64,000 bases of DNA, taken from contig CAWJTV010000041.1 of NCBI GenBank assembly GCA_963845755.1, positions 128,001 to 192,000 on the forward strand, written 5' to 3'. Position numbers and translations under genes: made by a program. This stretch comes from an uncultured Planctomycetota bacterium (GTDB taxonomy: Bacteria > Planctomycetota > Planctomycetia > Isosphaerales > Isosphaeraceae). The stretch's first letter is position 1, and each line of letters starts with the position of its first letter. Shown in pieces: positions 23,222 through 31,868 of this stretch. The notes beneath the pieces are model-generated. The model saw only the letters and a program-made list of their open reading frames with translations, searched no databases and was not told the origin of the DNA.

Positions 23222-23705
23222 TAGTTTCGTTGGTAAAATCGGGATGATGCATCGAATGAGAGCCGGGTGCCCGCGACCCCGCTGGGGAAAGCTTCATGCT
23301 AGGAAGGGGTGGCCGACTGGGTCAAGGGGTGGCCGATCGTCGAGAGGCGCGAGTGCGCGTCCGATCTGCTGATATTGTGCAGGCTCTCGATTGCATTTCC
23401 CACGGAAAAAACGAGTGGTCCGCGTGCCCCCTCTCACGGGATGTCCCGGCCGACAGCATCCCCGAACCTGGCGAGCGAGCGTGCAAGTCGCGTCCGGAAT
23501 CGCCGTCGAAGCCGGCGTTGAGTCGATCAAGCACATCAACTGAACGCGATGCGTTTTCCACCGCCCGTGATCGTCCCACCGGAATTGGTACGGGCTGCCA
23601 CGATTTCGCCCGATGGCCTGCCCCCCAGAACCATCATGGCAGGCTTTTGCCCCATTCTCACCCTTTGTCCTCTTTTCACCCTTGTTAGGACCGACTCGTC
23701 GCTCA

Positions 23706-23825
23706 GAGTCTGTTCCAGAAGGGCGAGCGGGGGGCGTCAGCCCCCTGTCCGGTGAGCGACGGACCTCCAAGACAGGGGGCTGACGCCCCCCGCTCGCCCG
23801 GACCGGCCCCTTCTGCGACAGACTC
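23706..23825. mobile_element. 120-bp MITE (GAGTCTGT termini) carrying a 29-bp REP-like hairpin
   Basis: TIRs GAGTCTGTTCCAGAAGGG / GAGTCTGTCGCAGAAGGG (rc); 3-bp TSD TCA (23703-05, 23826-28); internal perfect IR at 23721-23749 / 23771-23799. Confidence 0.75.
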
Positions 23826-23861
23826 TCAGTACCTCGCCCCGGAGAAGAGGCTCGGAATTCC

Positions 23862-23930
23862 GTGGGGAGGGCGAGCCTTCGTGCGAGTCGACCGTGGGAA
23901 GAGGCTCGGACGGAGCCGCGCCCTCCCCAA
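23862..23930. repeat. Degenerate REP-like palindrome
   Basis: GGGGAGGGCGAGCC...GGCTCGGACGGAGCCGCGCCCTCCCC imperfect inverted repeat. Confidence 0.55.
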
Positions 23931-24867
23931 GTCCCATCCCCGTTTCCGTGGTGCGGTACTCAGGTAAAGCAGATGACCGCTTGATTTGATGGCTGGCGTC
24001 AGATTCGCCAATGGGTCAACGCAAGGCAATAAATGGTGTCGAATAAATGGTGTCTGTCGAATCAATGAGCTGGGTCGCCCTGGGGAGCAATCCCGAGGAC
24101 GACTCGGCCCCATTTCCTTCCTGACACATGACGAGCTGCACCCTGCGTTGTGACCAATCTTACGTCAGTGGCGCCAGGCCCTCGGGCTGGATAGCTCACA
24201 TTACCAGCGATGGATTTCGCAAGAGTTATTGAATATTTGTCCAATCAACCTCTGACCTCAATAGAGTGACGATGTCAGGATCTGTTGTCTCTTCGTTCGG
24301 AGGTGCGGGCTCCCGCGAGGAATCTCGAGGGCCGCGAACCGATTGATGCGGCCTCCGTCGTGACGATCGAGAGGTCTCGGCTAGCGTGGTGGTCGTCGAA
24401 CCGCGCGATCCCGGCCATTCGATTGACGCCGGGCATCCACAACAGAGCGATTGATTGCTTCAGAAGTCGATCCAAGTCTCAAGCCTAAATCCGTTCGATC
24501 TTTCATGGATGCAGACTCGATTACCTTGATGATACGGATATGTTGAATTTCGAAGAAAAACATCTTTGGGGAGATTGCTGGGTTGAAAACGGGGAGTCGA
24601 GTCGTTACCATCTGCCCGTCCGTGACGAGCGGGGCGGATGCAAGAGTTCCTTTCGGCAGCTCGGTTCGAGCGCATCGGCCTCGCTGGCAGTCAAATCACA
24701 ACAACAACTCTACAACTTGTGTTGAATCCCGGGTGGTGTCCTCCACGGATCCCGCGTTGCGCGCGGCCGCCGATCAGCGTCCGCGCGAGGGAGGGACATG
24801 GCGGAAGCGCGCCGTCGGGCGCCATCTTCGTCACGGAGGGGATTCGCAGACCGAAAGGGGACGGACG

Positions 24868-26055
24868 ATGTCGTTGCGCAAAGGGATGCCCGCCGCTGTT
24901 CTCGGCGCGGCCCTGCTCATGCTCGCCCTCTCGACGTTAGGAGGCAACTCGGGACCTAACTTTGGTGACCCGCTGCCCGGGCTCACCCCCGACCTGCTAG
25001 CTCGCTTCGTCGCGGGTCAGGCCAATTTCGAGACCGTGGATACGGTGCCGGGCGGGCTCGGGCCCGTCTACAACGACACCGCGTGCGCCAATTGCCACTC
25101 CAGCCCCGCCATCGGCGGGGGCAGTACGACCCTCGAGACCCGGTTCGGACGGATGCTCAATGGGCAGTTCGACCCGATGACTCAATTCGGAGGGTCTCTG
25201 ATCCAGAAGCAGGGGATCGGCCGATTCAACGGGGTCAACTTCGTTGGGGAGGTCGTACCGCGACAGGCGACGATCGTGGCCGGTCGGCGGACGACTCCGC
25301 TTTTCGGACTCGGTCTTGTCGACGCCCTGCCCGACTCCGTCTTTCAGCAGCTCGCCAGTCTCGAGCAACAAGTTACCCCCAGCACCGCCGGGCGTGTCAA
25401 CATGGTCACGGACCTTGCCACCGGTGAACAGATCGTGGGCCGATTCGGCTGGAAGTGTCAGAACGGCTCGCTCATCGCTTTCTCGGCCGATGCCTACCTC
25501 AACGAGATGGGGATCACCACCCCGCTGGAGCCCAACGAGAACTGCCCTCAGGGCAATTGCGCCCTGCTGCAGGCTAACCCAGCGACGACCAATCCCAACG
25601 AGCCGGACAACGACGACGTCCAGCAGTTCACCGACTTCATGACGTTCCTGGCTCCTCCGCCGTCGTTGGCGCTGACCTCCCAGGCCAAGAGCGGGGCCAA
25701 GACGTTCGTGTCGATCGGCTGTGTCAACTGCCACTTCCCCGCGTTCCAGACTCCATCCAGCTCGATCGCGGCACTCGATCAGGTGACGTTCTTCCCGTAT
25801 TCTGACTTCCTGCTCCACGACATGGGGAGTCTGGGGGATGGCATCGCGCAGTCGGGGGCCGGCCAGACGGAGATGAGGACGGCGCCGCTCTGGGGTGTCC
25901 GCGTCATGAAGAGTTTCCTCCACGACGGCCGGGCGAGTTCACTCTCCCAGGCGATCCTCGCCCACGACGGCCAAGGCAAGGCTGCCCGTAATCAGTTCGC
26001 CAACCTCAGCAAGAGCGACCAGGCCAACCTGCTCGCCTTCCTGAATTCTCTCTGA
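24868..26055 (+). CDS. Secreted di-heme oxidoreductase family protein (DHOR/DUF1111)
   Basis: Signal peptide, GLGPVYN, CANCH, PLFGLGL, GRFGWK, CVNCH, YSDFLLHDMG, RTAPLWG and FLHDGRA...AILAH. Confidence 0.9.
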   Translation: MSLRKGMPAAVLGAALLMLALSTLGGNSGPNFGDPLPGLTPDLLARFVAGQANFETVDTVPGGLGPVYNDTACANCHSSPAIGGGSTTLETRFGRMLNGQFDPMTQFGGSLIQKQGIGRFNGVNFVGEVVPRQATIVAGRRTTPLFGLGLVDALPDSVFQQLASLEQQVTPSTAGRVNMVTDLATGEQIVGRFGWKCQNGSLIAFSADAYLNEMGITTPLEPNENCPQGNCALLQANPATTNPNEPDNDDVQQFTDFMTFLAPPPSLALTSQAKSGAKTFVSIGCVNCHFPAFQTPSSSIAALDQVTFFPYSDFLLHDMGSLGDGIAQSGAGQTEMRTAPLWGVRVMKSFLHDGRASSLSQAILAHDGQGKAARNQFANLSKSDQANLLAFLNSL

Positions 26056-26097
26056 GAACTCTGAATGGCTCATGAGTTCCTATGTATGGCGGAAGGC

Positions 26098-26130
26098 GTT
26101 GTGGAGCCGGAGTCTCGCCGGCTCCACAAC
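26098..26130. repeat. REP-like hairpin / possible terminator downstream of the DHOR gene
   Basis: GTTGTGGAGCCGG-N7-CCGGCTCCACAAC, a 13-bp perfect stem. Confidence 0.6.
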
Positions 26131-26496
26131 TACAGGGGGCCAGAGAGTCCATTGCTGAATGCCTCGAGGCTAGTCACAACCCCTTTATCGGCAACTTTTT
26201 CCGAAGTTCCGCTCTCAGTTCGATCATCCGGAGGTATTACTTCAGCCTGCACTTCACCACCCGGGGCTCGACCCGGCCCGGCCCGCCGCGGCCGGAGGAG
26301 ATCCTCACGGTCCTGGGATTCTACCAGTGAGACCTCTGCGCGATCAACGGGCTGTAACGACGCCTCGCTCTCCATTGAGGCCTGGTGATCGGCGAGAACG
26401 CTCAAACGCGAGCCGAAACGGGACCGCAGCCAGTTTCCCGGTCCCAACAGACCGCCGCGCATCGGCTCGGGGGTATCGGGGGCGCGGCCCCTCATT

Positions 26497-27255
26497 TTAA
26501 GAACCCGTCGATGGAGCGCGCTTTCGTGCGAACGAAGACCGCTTGAACGGCCGCGCGTCCCAGATTTTGGCGGTGTAGTCCCAGCTTCCGGTCACGATCC
26601 GCGAGCCGTCGGCGCTGAACGAGGCTGAATCGACGAGATCTCTGTGTCCTTTGAGAGTCAGTACTTCGGCTCCACTGCTTACGTCCCACAATTTCGCCGT
26701 CCCGTAATGGCTTCCCGTCACAATCCGTGAGCCATCGGGGCTGAACGATGACGGCCGGACTGCACTGGTGTGACCCTTGAGAGTGAGGAGCTGGCCGCCG
26801 GTCTGGGCGTCCCATACCTTGGCCGTCGCGTCGAAACTTCCGGTTACGATTCTCTTGCCGTCGGGGCTGAAGGCCGCGGAAATGACATAGCCGCTGTGTC
26901 CTTCGAGGGTGAAGACGTCGGCGCCACTGCTCGCTTCCCAAATGGTGGCTGCCCAGTCCTTGATGCTGATCACTCGCGACCCATCCGGGCTGAATCCGAC
27001 CGCAGGACCGCCCGTTGGTCGCGTGAGTGACAGGATTTCGGCACCGGTCGTCGCGTCCCAGATCGTTCTGGTCCCGCGATCACTCCCGGCGACGACCCGC
27101 AATCCATCAGGGATGAAAGGATCTGATAAAAATGTTTATGTGATTACATGTAACGCACTGATCCGTTCGCCCGTCCGCGCGTCGCAAATCTGGACTCTTG
27201 TCCCGGCATCGTCGGCGGTCAAGAGCCGTAAGCCATCGGGACTGAACGACGCTGT
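26497..27255 (-). pseudogene. WD40-repeat C-terminal remnant of a kinase gene
   Basis: Repeats of type FSPDGxRIVTGSxDxTAKVWD. There is no start or kinase domain, and an in-frame TAA lies near 27137. Confidence 0.8.
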
Positions 27256-27743
27256 AAAAGTCCGCCCACGGCGGCGACGCTACGATCCATCCGCTGGGCA
27301 ATTTCGACTGTTGCGAGCCCCTGGAGGTGACGCAACTCAACGGCTTGCCGCTGGTCATCCGGAAGGTAGGCGAGCGCATCGGCCAGGCGGATCAACCGTT
27401 CGTGGCGAATCGCCCGCTGGCTGGGTGACGTCTGATCGGCCGCCAAGATCGCTTCGAGGCGACGTGACGATTGCTCGACCGAATGTTGCAAGAAACGTTC
27501 TCTCGAACTGACGTGAGGCGCGAGCTTACGGAGGGCATCGGCCAGCGAATTGGCCAGGATCTTGCGAAGCCAGGCGACGCGCTTTGCCTCAGAGTCTCCA
27601 CGAAACTGGTCACGTTTCGCGTGGGCCTTGAGCAGCGTTTCTTGCACCAGGTCCGAGGGATCGATCCTGGCGTGAAGCTCGGGTGGAAGCTGGGAGCGGG
27701 CCAGTAGTAAGAGATCATTCTGATACGATTCGACCGGACGCAC
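27219..27743 (-). pseudogene. ECF sigma factor with C-terminus fused out of frame onto the WD40 remnant
   Basis: ARIDPSDLVQETLLKAH, WLRKILAN, DQTSPS, LPDDQRQAVELRH and AAVGGLLQR, then an abrupt switch into WD40 DNA. Confidence 0.75.
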
Positions 27744-28211
27744 GCAAACGACCCCTTTGTAGTTCGTGCGGGTATCACCTCTCCATTATTGACGGACGAA
27801 CCGGCCAAACTCAGCGCACGGCTTCTGGTTCTTGCCGAAAACCTCCGCGATCGTCCCAACGGCGGCGCTGGGGATCGCGGATGCCAACCGTCCTGCTCCG
27901 TCCTGTTGTTCAGCTCATGTTGCGCCCGCGATTTCATCGCCTTGCAACCCCAACGCTCGAATGCCTTGAGCCCTCGACCTGACTTCGCTTCGATCGCGTT
28001 CGATTGACAGCGGGCTCTCACTTGCAGGGTCGCACTCGAGAAGCGCCAATTTGGGTCAGACCAGAATGGCAGAAACTGGGTCAGCTCGTTGGCCTTGACT
28101 GACGCCTTGTGGCTCGATAGCCCCAGATCCGCGCCCTCAGGCAATTCCGAGCGCATCGCCGAATACGACGGGTTCCACGCACTCATGAACCCCATGGGGC
28201 GGTCGTAATCA

Positions 28212-28361
28212 GGCCTGGTTCAAGACGCTCGAAGCCAGGGTTACACTTTTTCGGAAGGCCGCGGCGTTGCTCCGGTCGCAAATAATGACCGAGCAATACT
28301 TTACCGCCAAAGTGGCCCCAGGCTTTGCACCGGAAAGTGTTACCCGGGGTTGAACCAGGCC
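28212..28361. mobile_element. 150-bp MITE with 12-bp TIRs and 8-bp TSD
   Basis: TIR GGCCTGGTTCAA / TTGAACCAGGCC; direct repeat CGTAATCA at 28204-28211 and 28362-28369; the interior is extensively self-complementary. Confidence 0.85.
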
Positions 28362-29383
28362 CGTAATCACAAGACGTTTCTTTTTTTTGGATTTTCCCAA
28401 CTGCTGCTGAGGTTGAGAGTTGGGGGAGCTCGTGGCCCAGAACTCGCGATAGGTGCATTAACGTTTTTGGAAAGTTGAGGCATCCTGATTATATGGGGGG
28501 ACGCGCAGAGGCTCCGAACCCACGCCGGTCGCCGCAACACGCCCGCTCCGAGACGCTCATGATCGGACCACTCCGACCGATTCGCCAGGTTGCCGCAAAC
28601 CCGCTTCCGGCCAGAGAGATGGAGAATGACGATCCGGCACAAGGTTGCCAACGCGTGCCAGCCGTGACGCGATCATCAATGGGTGATGTCTCGGTGCGAA
28701 GCTGTCGAATACCCGCGGAGGGCAGTGGAGTTCTTTCCGGACGTCAGGGCCATCGAGGGTCCGTGAGGTCGTCCTGCTGCCTATCGAGGGCGGGTCCTCA
28801 GCGAAAACGCTCAAACGAAGCCACGATCTTGCGGGATTTATCGATTACGCAAGCGATTTTGTTCAACATCTTAATTTCACGAACGAACTGTCATGCAACC
28901 TTGGTCACACCCAACCCCACGAAAATGACGGCCGATGCGAGCATGATTGCTCTTATTGGGTCTTATTTTCAGAGGAACCCAGTGAGAATTCAGGGCCAGA
29001 AACTGCGAAATCGAAGCCATGATGATGCGGGCTCTGCCGGTTGAGAGAGGACCCTCCACATCCGATCGAGGCGCCGGCGGTGACCGGCGCCCCGTGGTGT
29101 ACGGTACCCGAGTCGGCACGACCCGCGCTCGCAATCCACCGGGGCGACCACGGCCCGGCCCCGGTCCCATCGCGGAGCATCCTCTCGGGGTCACAGGTCG
29201 GCTGAAGCCGGGGATTCCCTGGATCGGAATCCCTCCGTCCTCGTTGGACCTCAGCCCTTATCTCGTCGCCCGCGCCGGCTCGTTGACTTTCCCCTGGTTG
29301 GACCTAGAATGCGAGGGTTTGAGAGGCCCACATTCCCCCCCACTCACTTGCCTGAAATGGCACCCGTTGAAGCCGATCCGCCA

Positions 29384-30103
29384 ATGCATCTCCTGACGGC
29401 CATTCCAGTTTATAACGAGGAAGCTTACCTCCAGCCCGTGCTCGCGGAGGTCTTGCGATACGCCGAGGATGTCCTCGTGGTCAACGACGGATCGACCGAT
29501 CGGACTCCCCAGCTCCTTCGCTCGTTTCCGGCCGTACAGACGATCCGCCATCCGCGCAACCTCGGCTATGGTGCGAGTTTGCGCACAGCTTTCGGGCAAA
29601 CCATCGCGGGCGGATACGACGGTGTGGTGACCCTGGATTGCGATGGTCAGCACGAACCGTCACGGATCCCCTTGCTGGTCAAGCCGTTGAGTGAAGCCGA
29701 CATCGTTTCGGGTAGCCGATATCTGGAAGTCTTCGATGCGACGCAGACGCCCCCCGAGCAGCGGCGACGGATCAACGTCGAGGTCACGCGGTGGCTCAAT
29801 GAGTGCCTCGGCCTGAACGTGACGGATGCTTTCTGTGGCTTCAAAGCGTATCGCACCTCGGCCTTGAGGTCCTTCGAGATCACGGATGACGGCTATGCCA
29901 TGCCGCTCCAATTGTGGGTGCAAGCGGTCGCTCAAGGAATGAAGATCGTGGAGGTCCCGGTCCCGCTGATCTATCTGGACGAGTCACGGGCCTTTGGTGG
30001 CGCGCTGGATGATGCCGAATTCCGGCTGGCCCACTACCGCCACGTGTTCCAGACTGCGCTCGACCGTGCCGGACTTCTGACCGCGGGGGGTTGCCTGGGA
30101 TGA
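29384..30103 (+). CDS. Glycosyltransferase family 2 (DPM1/polyprenol-phosphate sugar synthase-like)
   Basis: IPVYNEE, VNDGSTDRT, NLGYGASL, TLDCDGQH (DxD), VSGSRY and DAFCGFKAY. Confidence 0.92.
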   Translation: MHLLTAIPVYNEEAYLQPVLAEVLRYAEDVLVVNDGSTDRTPQLLRSFPAVQTIRHPRNLGYGASLRTAFGQTIAGGYDGVVTLDCDGQHEPSRIPLLVKPLSEADIVSGSRYLEVFDATQTPPEQRRRINVEVTRWLNECLGLNVTDAFCGFKAYRTSALRSFEITDDGYAMPLQLWVQAVAQGMKIVEVPVPLIYLDESRAFGGALDDAEFRLAHYRHVFQTALDRAGLLTAGGCLG

Positions 30104-31740
30104 CGGCACGCCACCTGCGGGCGCCTTCGACTGATGGGGCCTTGCTGGCGGAACCGCCCCTGCACATGGCCGGCGGTCAGGCCGCGGCCAATGCAGCCCG
30201 GCTGTCGGCCTGGGATTATGACTTCCAGGGTCGACGGGCAAGCTGGCTGCGACCCCAGATCCGTCGTGAGATCCTGCAACTCGCCCGCGGATTCCTCCGA
30301 CGTTACGGCCTGGAAGCCCCCGAGACTTCCGGCGGAGCCGAGACGCCCCTGATTGTCACCGGCCATCAGCCCGAGCTCTTTCATCCCGGGGTCTGGGCCA
30401 AGAACTTCGCCGCGGCGGCGGTCGCCGATGCGTGTCGCGGGCTGGCCCTCAACCTGATCGTCGACAACGATATCCCCAAGTCGGCCTCGATCCGGGTGCC
30501 CCGATTCGCCGGCGGACGGCTCGGCACGGTCGAGGTCGAGTTCGATGAATGGCAGGGCGAGATCCCTTACGAGGATTGGAAGGTCCGCGACGAGGCGAGG
30601 TTCGCGACCTTTGCGCGGCGCGTCCATGAAGTCCTCGCCGGCGCGGTCGAGGATCCGCTCCTCGACGACTACTGGCCCCGCGCCGTCGGTCGACGCGCCG
30701 AGGCCGATACGCTGGGCCTCCGATTCTCCCTGGCGCGACGCGAAGTCGAGCAATCCTGGGGCGTCTCCAACCTGGAGCTTCCGCTCGGAACCGTCTGCCA
30801 GACCGAAGGTTTCCTGTGGTTCGCCTCGCACCTGATCGCCCAGCTTCCCCGGTACCAGGACGTGCACAACGCCTGTCTGACGGAGTATCGAGCGATCCAC
30901 CGGATTCGCAGTCGCCACCATCCGGTCGCCGCACTGACGCGCCAGGGTGACTGGTTGGAGGCGCCCTTCTGGGTCTGGCGAGCCGGTCAACCCCGGCGCC
31001 GTGGGCTACTGGCGCGCCAGCTTCCGCGCGTGGTCGAGTTGCGCGTCGACGGCGAAAACGAGATCTTGATCGCCTTGCCCCTGTCGCCGGACGGGGAAGC
31101 CTGCTGCGCCGTCGAACGGCTCCGCGAGCTGCCTCAGCAGGGGATCCGGCTGCGCACCCGCGCCCTGACCACGACCATGTTCAGCCGGTTCCTGCTCGGT
31201 GATCTGTTCATCCACGGCATCGGCGGCGCCAAGTACGACGAGCTGGGCGACGAGATCTCACGGCGGTTTTTCGGTCTCGAGCCGCCCGGTTTCCTCACCC
31301 TCTCGCTAACGCTATGGCTCGGGCTGCCCGCCGATCCGGCGGCTTCGGCCGAGCTGGGTGCTTTGCGGCGAAGGCTGCGCGACCTGACTTACAATCCGGA
31401 TCGCTACCTCGCCGAACCGAACCCCGACGAAGTTCGTATACTATTGAATGCCAAGAGTGAGGCCCTGACCTGGCCTGCCACGTCGCGCCGCGAGCGAATC
31501 GCCCGCGGGAGAGCCCTCCGACGCTGCAATGAGGCCTTGCAGCCCTGGGTTGAGACGTTGCGAGCCGATCTCTTGGCCCGAAAAGCCCGTCTCCAAGCTG
31601 GTCGCCGGTCGAATCGCATCGCGCACAATCGCGAGTTTGCAAGCGTGCTTCACTCGATGCGTCGGCTGCGTACCAACCTACAGGGACTTGGCAACGAGAC
31701 TGCACCGGACGGATCCGTGGAGTCGGGTGGATTGAGGTAA
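30100..31740 (+). CDS. Conserved hypothetical protein, BshC/WbqC-like Rossmann (HUP) fold with coiled-coil C-terminus
   Basis: IVTGHQPELFHPGVWAKN, LIVDND, EAPFWVW and LFIHGIGGAKYD; ATGA overlap with the GT2 gene. The family call rests on motif resemblance. Confidence 0.65.
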   Translation: MTARHLRAPSTDGALLAEPPLHMAGGQAAANAARLSAWDYDFQGRRASWLRPQIRREILQLARGFLRRYGLEAPETSGGAETPLIVTGHQPELFHPGVWAKNFAAAAVADACRGLALNLIVDNDIPKSASIRVPRFAGGRLGTVEVEFDEWQGEIPYEDWKVRDEARFATFARRVHEVLAGAVEDPLLDDYWPRAVGRRAEADTLGLRFSLARREVEQSWGVSNLELPLGTVCQTEGFLWFASHLIAQLPRYQDVHNACLTEYRAIHRIRSRHHPVAALTRQGDWLEAPFWVWRAGQPRRRGLLARQLPRVVELRVDGENEILIALPLSPDGEACCAVERLRELPQQGIRLRTRALTTTMFSRFLLGDLFIHGIGGAKYDELGDEISRRFFGLEPPGFLTLSLTLWLGLPADPAASAELGALRRRLRDLTYNPDRYLAEPNPDEVRILLNAKSEALTWPATSRRERIARGRALRRCNEALQPWVETLRADLLARKARLQAGRRSNRIAHNREFASVLHSMRRLRTNLQGLGNETAPDGSVESGGLR

Positions 31741-31868
31741 TGGGCGACCACGGCGATCGGGCGGGAATCCTTCTCGTCCGATCTTGCGCGGGATGTGGCG
31801 GTTCCGTGGTCAAAAATAATTCGAGATTTCCCCCTTGGCTGCGGCGGAGCCGACCACGAGCACGTACA

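Noticed and set aside
26497..27255. DGR variable region
   Set aside because: There is no reverse transcriptase or template repeat in the window, and the changes are not adenine-specific.
28212..28361. Rod-like hairpin as 6S RNA or SRP RNA
   Set aside because: It lacks the SRP core motif and recognisable 6S signatures. Perfect TIRs plus an exact 8-bp flanking duplication indicate a MITE.
28636..28651. Sigma54 promoter CGGCACAAGGTTGC
   Set aside because: The GG-GC spacing is 9 nt rather than the required 10, and no clear downstream gene exists.
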